A stretch of DNA of 64,000 nt, taken from positions 4,583 through 68,582 of the forward strand of contig CANQIB010000007.1 in NCBI GenBank assembly GCA_947623915.1, read 5' to 3'. Shown here in pieces: positions 38,993 through 47,147 of the stretch. Origin of the DNA: an uncultured Ruminiclostridium sp. (lineage in GTDB: Bacteria > Bacillota > Clostridia > Oscillospirales > Ruminococcaceae). The translations under genes were made by a program, and so were the position numbers. Below the pieces are notes generated by a model that made no database searches, was not told the origin of the DNA, and saw nothing but the letters and a program-made list of their open reading frames with translations. How positions within the stretch are numbered: the first letter of the stretch is position 1; the number at the start of each line of letters is the position of its first letter.

Positions 38993-39414
38993 TATTGCTC
39001 GCCTCCTGTGTTCTTTGTGACGAATTTGCACTTGATGGGCAGCTTGTGCATCGCAAGACGCATTGCCTCTCTCGCAACTTCCTCACTTACACCCGCGATC
39101 TCAAACATCACGCGTCCCGGCTTTACAACTGCCACCCAGTATTCGGGCGAGCCTTTACCTGAACCCATTCGGGTCTCGGCCGGCTTCTCGGTCACGGGCT
39201 TGTCGGGAAATATCTTTATCCATACCTGTCCGCCACGCTTGATATAACGCGTCATCGCGATACGGGCGGCTTCTATCTGGTTGGAGGTTATCCACGCGGG
39301 CTCAAGCGCCTGAAGACCGAAATCTCCGTAGCTTACAACGTTGCCGCGTGTTGCTTTACCGGTCAAACGTCCGCGCTGTACTCTCCTGTATTTTACTCTC
39401 TTCGGAAGCAGCAT
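38992..39414 (-). CDS. rplP: 50S ribosomal protein L16
   Basis: [22 protein letters not shown]. Confidence 0.98.
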   Translation of the reverse strand: MLLPKRVKYRRVQRGRLTGKATRGNVVSYGDFGLQALEPAWITSNQIEAARIAMTRYIKRGGQVWIKIFPDKPVTEKPAETRMGSGKGSPEYWVAVVKPGRVMFEIAGVSEEVAREAMRLAMHKLPIKCKFVTKNTGGEQ

Positions 39415-40235
39415 TATTCGTTACCTCCCTCTTTAGGTCTGCGCTCGGACCTCTCGCCTCTTGCGGGTCTGTCCGATCTCTCCCTTGCGGGTCTGCTCTT
39501 TCTGTTGTCGTCACGACGACGGCGGGGTCTTTCTTCTCTGTTGGCGGGAAGTTCGCCCTTGAGCACTTCGCCCTTGTATATCCAGACTTTTACGCCGATA
39601 ACGCCGTAGGTGGTGTTCGCTCTCGCTACACCGTAATCAATGTCCGCTCTGAGCGTCTGAAGCGGGATAGTACCCTCATGGTAGCTCTCGCTGCGCGCTA
39701 TTTCCGCGCCGCCCAAACGTCCGCTGACCATCGTCTTGATACCCTTTGCTCCCGATTTCATCGTTCTGCCTATGCAGCCCTTCATCGCTCTTCTGAACGA
39801 AACACGCTGCTCAAGCTGCATTGCGATGTTCTCCGCTACCAGCTTTGCGTCAAGATCGGGATTCTTTATCTCAACGATATTCAAATTCACGCTCTTGCCG
39901 CCGGCTATCTTTTCGATCTCGGCGCGGAGCTTCTCTATCTCGGCTCCCTTCGCGCCTATCAGCATACCGGGCTTTGCGGTATGGATGTGTATCTTTATCT
40001 TGTCGGCCGCGTTACGCTCTATCTCTACCTTGGAGATGCCCGCCGCTCTCGAAAGCTGCTGGTCGGATCTCTCTCCGTTGGTCCTGTTGAGCATTCTCTT
40101 GTTGATAAGATAATCACGGATCTTCTGGTCTTCTACGAGAGTATCGCCGAATGTTGATTTTCCGGCAAACCAACGGGAATCCCAGTCCTTGATAATTCCG
40201 ACTCTGAGTCCGTGCGGATTAACTTTCTGTCCCAT
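39414..40235 (-). CDS. rpsC: 30S ribosomal protein S3 (with an internal insertion and a charged C-terminal tail)
   Basis: [37 protein letters not shown]. Confidence 0.98.
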   Translation of the reverse strand: MGQKVNPHGLRVGIIKDWDSRWFAGKSTFGDTLVEDQKIRDYLINKRMLNRTNGERSDQQLSRAAGISKVEIERNAADKIKIHIHTAKPGMLIGAKGAEIEKLRAEIEKIAGGKSVNLNIVEIKNPDLDAKLVAENIAMQLEQRVSFRRAMKGCIGRTMKSGAKGIKTMVSGRLGGAEIARSESYHEGTIPLQTLRADIDYGVARANTTYGVIGVKVWIYKGEVLKGELPANREERPRRRRDDNRKSRPARERSDRPARGERSERRPKEGGNE

Positions 40236-40247
40236 TTACTCTCCTCC

Positions 40248-40583
40248 TTATTCCGATTCTTTTATTACCAACGTGATGTTGGAAGTTCTCTTGAGAATAC
40301 GGTGCGCTCTTCCGTGATCCTTGGGCCTTATTCTCTTGATGGTGATGCCCCCGCCCGCATAGCACTCGGACACATAGCATTTGCCAACGTCCATGCCGTG
40401 ATTGTTCTCGGCGTTCGCCATTGCCGACTTGAGGAGCTTCTGTAACGGCTCGCTTGCCGCTTTGGGTGTGGTCCTGAGTATCGCCATCGCTACGTCACAG
40501 GGCTTGTTTCTGATAAGATCCAGAACGATGCCCACCTTGCGAGGAGATATGCGGATCTGGTTAAGTTGTGCTTTTGCCTCCAT
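40248..40583 (-). CDS. rplV: 50S ribosomal protein L22
   Basis: RISPRKV, LKSAMANAENN, GRAHRILKRTS; start moved to ATG 40583. Confidence 0.96.
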   Translation of the reverse strand: MEAKAQLNQIRISPRKVGIVLDLIRNKPCDVAMAILRTTPKAASEPLQKLLKSAMANAENNHGMDVGKCYVSECYAGGGITIKRIRPKDHGRAHRILKRTSNITLVIKESE

Positions 40584-40596
40584 TGCTTGCTCCTCC

Positions 40597-40872
40597 TTAC
40601 TTGTTGCTGGTCTTGCTGCCCGCATGACCCTTGTAAGTCCTTGTGGGAGCAAACTCGCCGAGCTTGTGGCCTACCATATCCTCGGTCACATATACCGGAA
40701 CGTGTTTTCTTCCGTCATGTACCGCGAAGGTATGTCCTACAAAATCGGGGAATATCGTGCTGGAGCGGCTCCAGGTCTTGAGGACCTTTTTCTCGCCCGC
40801 CTCGTTCATGGCAAGCACTCTCTTCATGAGAGCTTCCTGCACATACGGGCCTTTCTTTATGCTTCTGCTCAT
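40597..40872 (-). CDS. rpsS: 30S ribosomal protein S19
   Basis: [27 protein letters not shown]. Confidence 0.98.
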   Translation of the reverse strand: MSRSIKKGPYVQEALMKRVLAMNEAGEKKVLKTWSRSSTIFPDFVGHTFAVHDGRKHVPVYVTEDMVGHKLGEFAPTRTYKGHAGSKTSNK

Positions 40873-40989
40873 ATATCTGTTTTCCTTTCAAGCTGAGCCT
40901 GTTCTCCCGAACGGCTCTTATTGCAAGTTAATGTGCGGCGGCATTTTACTGCCATCGGCAAACGCCGCACTTATTAACAATACTTGTTA

Positions 40990-41820
40990 TCAGCGGCTTC
41001 TTCTCTTGACAATGAACTTGTCGGAAGCCTTGCCTATCTTTCTGGTCTTGTAACCGAGCGCGGGCTTGCCCCACGGAGTCACAGGTCCGGGACGTCCTAC
41101 GGGCGATTTGCCCTCGCCGCCGCCGTGCGGGTGGTCGTTCGGGTTCATTACCGAACCTCTTACGGTAGGTCTTACGCCCTTATGACGCATACGGCCCGCT
41201 TTACCGTAATTTACGTTCTCGTGGTCAAGGTTGGATACCACTCCGACGGTAGCCATGCACTTGTCGGATACGTTCCTAAGCTCGCCGCTGGGAAGTCTTA
41301 ACAGCGCGTAACCGTTCTCCTTAGCCATAAGCTGAGCCATGTTGCCCGCGGAACGCACGAGCTGTCCGCCCTTGCCGGGGTAAAGCTCAATGTTGTGTAT
41401 TATCGTACCTACCGGTATATTTACGAGCGCGAGCGCGTTGCCGGGCTTGATGTCGGCGTCCTCGCCGCTTCTCACCTTATCGCCGACTTTGAGTCCGTCG
41501 GGAGCGAGAATGTATCTCTTCTCTCCGTCCTCATACTGTACCAGCGCGATAAATGCCGAACGGTTGGGGTCGTATTCAAGAGTCATGACCTCGGCGTCCA
41601 TGCCGGGCTTGTTTCTCTTAAAATCTATAACACGGTATTTTCTTCTCTGCGCACCGCCCTTATGCCTTACGGTTATCCTGCCGTAGCTGTTGCGGCCGGA
41701 ATGCTTCTTCAGAGATTCCAGCAGGCTCTTTTCCGGCTCTGCCTTGGACAGAACGCTGTAATCGGTGACGGTCATGCCTCTGCGGCCGGGGGTGACAGGT
41801 TTGTAAGTCTTTATAGCCAT
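40990..41820 (-). CDS. rplB: 50S ribosomal protein L2
   Basis: [25 protein letters not shown]. Confidence 0.98.
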   Translation of the reverse strand: MAIKTYKPVTPGRRGMTVTDYSVLSKAEPEKSLLESLKKHSGRNSYGRITVRHKGGAQRRKYRVIDFKRNKPGMDAEVMTLEYDPNRSAFIALVQYEDGEKRYILAPDGLKVGDKVRSGEDADIKPGNALALVNIPVGTIIHNIELYPGKGGQLVRSAGNMAQLMAKENGYALLRLPSGELRNVSDKCMATVGVVSNLDHENVNYGKAGRMRHKGVRPTVRGSVMNPNDHPHGGGEGKSPVGRPGPVTPWGKPALGYKTRKIGKASDKFIVKRRSR

Positions 41821-41833
41821 TTAAATCACTCCT

Positions 41834-42136
41834 TTATATCATTCCGTCGAAAAATTCTATGGTCTTTGAGCCTTCCGCAAGAGTAACTACCGCCTTTTTC
41901 CATGAAGAAGTGTAGCCCTCGCTGCGTCCCATTCTCCTCTTTGCACCGCGCACATTGACGGTGTTCACCTTTGCGACCTTTACTCCGGGGAACAGAGCCT
42001 CCACCGCTTTGGCGATCTCTATCTTGTTGGAGTCCTTTGCCACTTTAAAGGTGTACTTACCCTGCTGTGCCAGCATTTCCATGCTCTTCTCGGTAATGAC
42101 CGGCTTAATGATAATGTCATAAGCGAGCTTTGCCAT
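41834..42136 (-). CDS. rplW: 50S ribosomal protein L23
   Basis: [20 protein letters not shown]. Confidence 0.97.
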   Translation of the reverse strand: MAKLAYDIIIKPVITEKSMEMLAQQGKYTFKVAKDSNKIEIAKAVEALFPGVKVAKVNTVNVRGAKRRMGRSEGYTSSWKKAVVTLAEGSKTIEFFDGMI

Positions 42137-42756
42137 TATGCGTACACCTCCTCGATCTTAGCAACGGCATCCTTTACAACGATAAACTTGTTGTATTTAA
42201 GAATGTCATATACGTTCAGGGTGTTTACCTGAGTCGTCTTTATGCCGGGTATGTTTGCGGCACTCTTTATTACCTTCTCGTCAACGCCGTCCAAAACGAT
42301 GAGCGCCTTTTCAGCTCCCAGCGCTTTGAGCATTGCGACTATGGTCTTGGTCTTGTACTCGTCGGTCTTTATCTCGTCAACGACTATCATGTCGCTGTCT
42401 ATCACCTTAGACGAGAGCGCGGACTTGAGCGCAAGCCTTTTTACCTTTTTATTGAGTGAGTAGCTGTAGCTTCTGGGCTTCGGGCCGAGAGCGATACCGC
42501 CGTGCGTCCATTGAGGCGCTCTGGTCGAGCCTTGTCTTGCGTGACCGGTGTCTTTCTGCCTCCAAGGCTTCTTGCCGCCGCCGCTTACCTCGGATCTGGT
42601 AAGCGTGGACTGAGTGCCCTGACGCTGATTTGCAAGATAGTTTACTACTGCGGCATGCATAACCGCGGTGTTGGGCTCGATGCCGAACACGCCGTCGTTA
42701 AGCTCAAGGTCGGATACAACAGCTCCCGTCATATCATAAACAGATACTTTTGCCAT
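42136..42756 (-). CDS. rplD: 50S ribosomal protein L4
   Basis: [29 protein letters not shown]. Confidence 0.98.
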   Translation of the reverse strand: MAKVSVYDMTGAVVSDLELNDGVFGIEPNTAVMHAAVVNYLANQRQGTQSTLTRSEVSGGGKKPWRQKDTGHARQGSTRAPQWTHGGIALGPKPRSYSYSLNKKVKRLALKSALSSKVIDSDMIVVDEIKTDEYKTKTIVAMLKALGAEKALIVLDGVDEKVIKSAANIPGIKTTQVNTLNVYDILKYNKFIVVKDAVAKIEEVYA

Positions 42757-42770
42757 ATAAATCCTCCTCC

Positions 42771-43403
42771 TTACGCTTTCTTAACCGCATCGGTAATGCA
42801 GACTACTCCGCCCTTAGGACCGGGAACAGCACCCTTGATTGCGATAAGATTATTTTCGGTGTCTATCTTTACGATAACAAGATTTTGCACAGTCACCTTT
42901 TCCGCGCCCATGTGTCCTGCCATGCCCTTGCCTTTAAATATACGCGAAGGGGAGGAGCAAGCGCCCATTGAACCGGCTTGTCTTGCAACAGGGCCGGAAC
43001 CGTGTGTTTCTTTAAGTCTGTGCTGATTGTGACGCTTTATCGCGCCCTGGAATCCTTTACCTTTGCTGGTACCGCTTACGTCTACTATATCGCCTGCGGC
43101 AAATACATCGGCCTTGAGAATGTCGCCGACCTTCATCTCGGCGTTGTCCAGTCTGAATTCCTTTAACGTTCTCTTAAAAGGAAGGTCATTCTTCTTGAAA
43201 TGGCCTGTCATCGGCTTGTTTACATGCTTGGGCGAAATATCGCCGAAACCGAGCTGTACAGCCGAATATCCGTCGTTGTCCGCAGTCTTGAGCTGAGTTA
43301 CTACACAAGGACCTGCTTCAACAACGGTAACGGGAACTACCTTTCCCGCCTCGTCGAAGATCTGCGTCATGCCTATCTTCTTTCCGATCAAACCTTTTGT
43401 CAT
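42771..43403 (-). CDS. rplC: 50S ribosomal protein L3
   Basis: [26 protein letters not shown]. Confidence 0.98.
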   Translation of the reverse strand: MTKGLIGKKIGMTQIFDEAGKVVPVTVVEAGPCVVTQLKTADNDGYSAVQLGFGDISPKHVNKPMTGHFKKNDLPFKRTLKEFRLDNAEMKVGDILKADVFAAGDIVDVSGTSKGKGFQGAIKRHNQHRLKETHGSGPVARQAGSMGACSSPSRIFKGKGMAGHMGAEKVTVQNLVIVKIDTENNLIAIKGAVPGPKGGVVCITDAVKKA

Positions 43404-43545
43404 GGTTCAATTCCTCCTTTTGGTTATTGGTCGGTTTCCCGACTTGACCATCGACGCCGATAGGGTCGTTCCGACGCCGCTGGTTAGCGGTTGACCGCGG
43501 AAGTACCGCCGCCAACATAACTTTGTCTATATATAAGGTATAGCC

Positions 43546-43857
43546 TTATACTTCCATAGACATTTCCACACCTGCCGGAAGCTCAAGATTTTTCAGAGCG
43601 TCAACGGTCTTGTTGGTGGGACGGATAACGTCGATAAGACGCTTGTGAGTGCGCAGTTCAAACTGCTCGCGGCTGTCCTTGTCCTTGTGAACAGCTCTCA
43701 GGATGGTGATGACCTGCTTGCCTGTAGGCAGCGGAACGGGGCCGGCAACTCTTGAACCCGTGCGCTTTGCGGTTTCCACGATCTTTGCGGCAGCCGCATC
43801 GACAACAGCGTGGTCATAACCTTTGATCTTTATCCTCACTTTTTCTTTTACTGCCAT
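43546..43857 (-). CDS. rpsJ: 30S ribosomal protein S10
   Basis: [32 protein letters not shown]; start moved to ATG 43857. Confidence 0.98.
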   Translation of the reverse strand: MAVKEKVRIKIKGYDHAVVDAAAAKIVETAKRTGSRVAGPVPLPTGKQVITILRAVHKDKDSREQFELRTHKRLIDVIRPTNKTVDALKNLELPAGVEMSMEV

Positions 43858-44157
43858 TTTCTTCTCCCTTTCTTTTTTTAAGATTTCGGGGGGATCGCCG
43901 CTTTTGCGGCGGATACCGAAACGGAAAAACGCGGTACACTTTGCCGGGTGTTTCACCTGACTGCGTATAAAACAGGATTTTTCCCTCAGGGGGTGTCGGC
44001 AGCCTGCCGACCCTTCCCTTTTCCGCGGGGAAGAAATCCTTTGCTCCGTAACGGCTTTCGCCCGATAGTCGGACATACTCCGCTCAAATTCCCGGCTAAG
44101 CCGCAACCTTGAGCATCATCGCATATCTCAGCAGTACGCACCGTCGGGCGGCGCGCA
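43858..44157 (-). promoter_or_regulatory. About 300-nt structured 5' leader of the S10 operon
   Basis: Distance from the promoter to the rpsJ ATG; several hairpins, e.g. GTCGGCAG-GCTGCCGAC and CCGCCGCAAAAGCGGCG. Confidence 0.55.
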
Positions 44158-44163
44158 ATTTAT

Positions 44164-44192
44164 ATTATACATAAATAAAAGCCCGATTACAA
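44164..44192 (-). promoter_or_regulatory. sigma-A promoter TTGTAA-N17-TATAAT (extended -10) of the S10 operon
   Basis: Hexamers at 44192-44187 and 44169-44164. Confidence 0.8.
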
Positions 44193-44302
44193 GCCCCTTG
44201 ACGGAAATTTTTTCAAAATTCGGTGTAGAAATTTTAACTGTTTTTTGCCTTTAAATTGGGCATTTTGCACAAGGCATGAAATTTGCGGGCATATTTTGTG
44301 GT

Positions 44303-44403
44303 TTAGGGGAAAGGGGGACACAAGGGGGCGTTGCCCCCTTGCACCTCGATTTGGTGACGAGGTCACAAAATCCTGCGCCCCTTTGCGGGGGCGAAGTCCC
44401 TAA
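44303..44403. repeat. About 100-bp TTAGGG...CCCTAA-bounded hairpin element
   Basis: Inverted ends and three internal hairpins. Confidence 0.5.
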
Positions 44404-44463
44404 TCTATTTTTTAGTATTATCAGAGCTTTTACGGGTGCGATTGATAGACCTTATTCTAATTT

Positions 44464-44632
44464 TGACCCTCCGTTGGCTCCCGAAAGGGACCCCAAGGAA
44501 GGGGGAAAGGCGACCTGCGGTTCCTTTCCCCCTTCCCTAGGTTTAAGTTCCGCCGTCAGGCGGCACTTAATGCCTTCTCAAACCCTCCTACCTAATCCCT
44601 TTTCCATCCCTTTTCCAACCGTAAAAGGGTCA
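44464..44632. repeat. About 170-bp structured element closed by TGACCCT/AGGGTCA
   Basis: GAAA-tetraloop hairpin, 14-bp perfect stem 44497-44536, hairpin 44543-44570. Confidence 0.5.
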
Positions 44633-44836
44633 CGCGCTACCTCTTATAATTCGTTTTGGGAACACTCACTTTGCTGTTTTTGTGCCTTGTCACTTATTTT
44701 TTGTGATATTCCTGTCAAAAGACGCAGCGTTAGCTTGCCATGCTACAGTTTGAACGGCTGAACGGTAGCAGTCTTTGCGGGTTTCGTTCCTTTTTAAGCG
44801 TTTTCCCTCGCCCTTTTACCATGTACTGCAAATTTC

Positions 44837-44946
44837 CCGCCATGGGCACATATGCCCCGCCTGCGGCGGGGCATAGCGGTGCAAAGCACCGAGCCGCAGC
44901 CCTGCTGCGCATGTGCCGTGGCGGTAGGGACTTGCTCCCCGTCCTA
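44837..44946. repeat. Four-way-junction (cloverleaf) element followed by a GTAG-led hairpin
   Basis: Closing stem 44837-51/44911-24 around three perfect hairpins. Confidence 0.55.
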
Positions 44947-44955
44947 TATAAAGTA

Positions 44956-44987
44956 ACCCTCCGAAGTCCATTCGGACTTCGGAGGGT
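44956..44987 (-). terminator. Terminator after the rubrerythrin-ferritin operon
   Basis: ACCCTCCGAAGTCC-ATTC-GGACTTCGGAGGGT 14-bp stem. Confidence 0.8.
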
Positions 44988-45045
44988 CTGTTATTTTAGT
45001 ATATCTGCAATCTTGCGCCTTTATCACCAAATCAAGGCTTGCTAC

Positions 45046-45555
45046 TTACAGCTGCAACGACGGTGCGGAATAGGTGCGGGCACCAAGCTCGTTGTCGAGC
45101 ATGTACAGACCTTTTGCGTCGCTGCCGAACAGCTCGTAGCGCTTGATGAGGTCGCCGGCGTTCATTTCCTCCTCGCCCTGCTCCTTTACGAACCAGTCGA
45201 GGAACTGCATGGTGCGGTAATCCTTAGCCGCGTGTGCCGCCTCGTAAATATCATTTATAAGAGAGGTAACGTACTTTTCGTGCTTGAGCGTTTCCTCCAA
45301 AACGGTCTTGACGTCGGTCAAAGCCACGGCGGGCTTGTCTATCGCGCAAAGCTGCGGCTTTACGCCGTTGTTTTGCAGATATTGCAGGAACAGCATGGCG
45401 TGCGCCTGCTCCTCCTGCGCCTGTATCTTGAACCAGTTGCCGAAGCCGTTAAGCCCGTTATCGTAAAAATATACCGAAAAATCCAGATAAAGATATGCGG
45501 AATAAAATTCCTTGTTCACCTGCTGATCCAGCAGCTCCTGTACCTTGCTGTCCAT
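45046..45555 (-). CDS. ftnA: Non-haem ferritin
   Basis: EFYSAYLY, QAQEEQAHA, LKHEKYVT, FLDWFVKEQGEEE ferroxidase residues. Confidence 0.93.
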   Translation of the reverse strand: MDSKVQELLDQQVNKEFYSAYLYLDFSVYFYDNGLNGFGNWFKIQAQEEQAHAMLFLQYLQNNGVKPQLCAIDKPAVALTDVKTVLEETLKHEKYVTSLINDIYEAAHAAKDYRTMQFLDWFVKEQGEEEMNAGDLIKRYELFGSDAKGLYMLDNELGARTYSAPSLQL

Positions 45556-45582
45556 TGTAAAATGCCTCCGTTTATTTGTTTA

Positions 45583-46221
45583 TCAATAATTTGTCTGTTT
45601 GATCTCGAAAAAGCTGCGCGGATGGTTGCATACGGGGCATACCTCCGGCGCGGAAGTACCTACCACGATATGACCGCAGTTTCTGCACTCCCAAACCTGC
45701 ACGCCGCTGCGCTCGAACACCTGATTGGTTTCGATATTTTTGAGCAGCGCACGGTATCTCTCCTCATGCTCCTTTTCTATCGCTCCTACGCCTCTGAACT
45801 GCTCGGCAAGCTCGGTAAAGCCCTCTTCTTCCGCCTCGCGCGCCATACGGTCGTACATATCCGTCCACTCGGCGTTTTCTCCCTCGGCGGCCGCGAGCAG
45901 ATTTTCCTCGGTCGTACCCAGTCCGCCCAGAGCCTTGAACCACAGCTTGGCGTGTTCCTTTTCATTGTCCGCGGTTTTCAAAAACAGCGCGGCTATCTGC
46001 TCATAGCCCGCTTTTTTCGCCACGGAAGCAAAGTAAGTATACTTGTTTCTTGCCTGCGATTCGCCGGCAAACGCCTCCATCAGGTTTTTCTCCGTCTTGC
46101 TTCCGGCGTACTTGTTCTTGACCTCGCTGAACACTCCGGTCTTTTTGCATTTAGGGCACTGTTCGGGAGCGGCGTCGCCCTCGTAAACATACCCGCATAC
46201 GCTGCATATGAACTTCTTCAT
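45583..46221 (-). CDS. rbr: Rubrerythrin with an extra N-terminal rubredoxin-like module
   Basis: [44 protein letters not shown]; start moved to 46221. Confidence 0.93.
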   Translation of the reverse strand: MKKFICSVCGYVYEGDAAPEQCPKCKKTGVFSEVKNKYAGSKTEKNLMEAFAGESQARNKYTYFASVAKKAGYEQIAALFLKTADNEKEHAKLWFKALGGLGTTEENLLAAAEGENAEWTDMYDRMAREAEEEGFTELAEQFRGVGAIEKEHEERYRALLKNIETNQVFERSGVQVWECRNCGHIVVGTSAPEVCPVCNHPRSFFEIKQTNY

Positions 46222-46267
46222 GGCATTTCCTCCTTTATGACCTTTCACCAGTAAAGATGTTTATTTA

Positions 46268-46296
46268 ATTGTACCACACTTTAGGGAAAAAATCAA
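46268..46296 (-). promoter_or_regulatory. sigma-A promoter TTGATT-N17-TACAAT for rbr-ftnA
   Basis: Hexamers at 46296-46291 and 46273-46268 with TGTG extension. Confidence 0.7.
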
Positions 46297-46324
46297 TAGC
46301 GGCGGAAAGTCTCTCCCGCCGCTG

Positions 46325-46521
46325 CAGCTTGTCGAAAAACCCTCCCTACGGTCGGATTTCCCGACAAGCTGACAAAAAATCGGCAATACCGCATAGCGGT
46401 ATCGCTCGATTTTTGCCGCGCTTTGCGCGGCTCTTATCAAACTTGAGGGTGAAAACCCTGATGGTTTTCCCCTCAAACTCCTCTTTCCTTCCGCTTTATA
46501 TTGACCTTTTTCTACAGACTG
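46325..46521 (+). mobile_element. Repeat family A, copy 3, flanked by two similar GCGGCGG..CCCGCCGCTG hairpins
   Basis: Near-identical to 20682-20876; flanking hairpins at 46298-46323 and 46523-46547. Confidence 0.88.
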
Positions 46522-46549
46522 TTGCGGCGGGTATTATCCCGCCGCTGTT

Positions 46550-46792
46550 TTACTTTTTACTATTCTTTTTTGTTTCGGGGCGTACCGGCACCGCGAACGG
46601 CCGCAGCTCGCGATAGCTTTCATCGGGTTTGCCTCCGCCCTCCGGCATAAGACCCGTACAGTCGTCTGCCGCCGCGGCGGGAGTGAAATTTTGCAATATC
46701 ACGTCCTCCGTTCGGGAAAGCTCTTCCCCGCTGTCCGGCACATCTTTTTTCATCAGCTCGTATTCCTTTTGGAGCTCGCTCTTTTTGTCCAT
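46550..46792 (-). CDS. Small acidic hypothetical protein (80 aa, DCTGLMP motif)
   Basis: ATG 46792 behind AAGGA; followed by a terminator hairpin; the longer track start lies inside the MITE. Confidence 0.6.
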   Translation of the reverse strand: MDKKSELQKEYELMKKDVPDSGEELSRTEDVILQNFTPAAAADDCTGLMPEGGGKPDESYRELRPFAVPVRPETKKNSKK

Positions 46793-46827
46793 ACCACACC
46801 GTTCCTTCCGCATTATAGAAAAGTTCA

Positions 46828-47095
46828 GACATGCGGGGATCGAACCCAAGCCGGTTTTTACGGGCATATTTCCGCCAATACTGCGTCAACCTCGCTTGAC
46901 ATACGCAAGTATGTCAAGCGAGGTTTCCTTGTCTTGACAAAAATCTGCTCCGTAAAAACGAACCCCACGGCGAGAGATTTTGGAGATAGTTTTGGCTCTT
47001 GCGACGCAGGCAGGCTTGCGCCTGTCAAGGAACAAGGGGCAAAACCAGCCCAAAAGAATCGCCGTGGGGCGGTTTGTGTTCGGTTCCCGTATGCC
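46828..47095 (-). mobile_element. Repeat family B, copy 2 (268 bp, inverted and diverged relative to 15198-15472)
   Basis: Ends GACATGCGGGGATCGAACCCAAGCCG and CGGTTTGTGTTCGGTTCCCGTATGCC-TA; internal blocks shared with copy 1. Confidence 0.85.
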
Positions 47096-47147
47096 TAATT
47101 TAGTTTACCGAAAAAAACGTGTGATATTCAAAAACTACAGCTCCCGT

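Noticed and set aside
27834-43857. Gene loss or rearrangement in the ribosomal superoperon
   Set aside because: All expected genes are present in canonical order once rpmD and rpmJ are added manually
44276-44761. 161-aa ORF across the structured intergenic region
   Set aside because: No RBS; low-complexity translation of palindromic DNA
44740-46254. 504-aa plus-strand ORF
   Set aside because: Antisense to ferritin and rubrerythrin and runs through hairpin repeats; no recognisable domain
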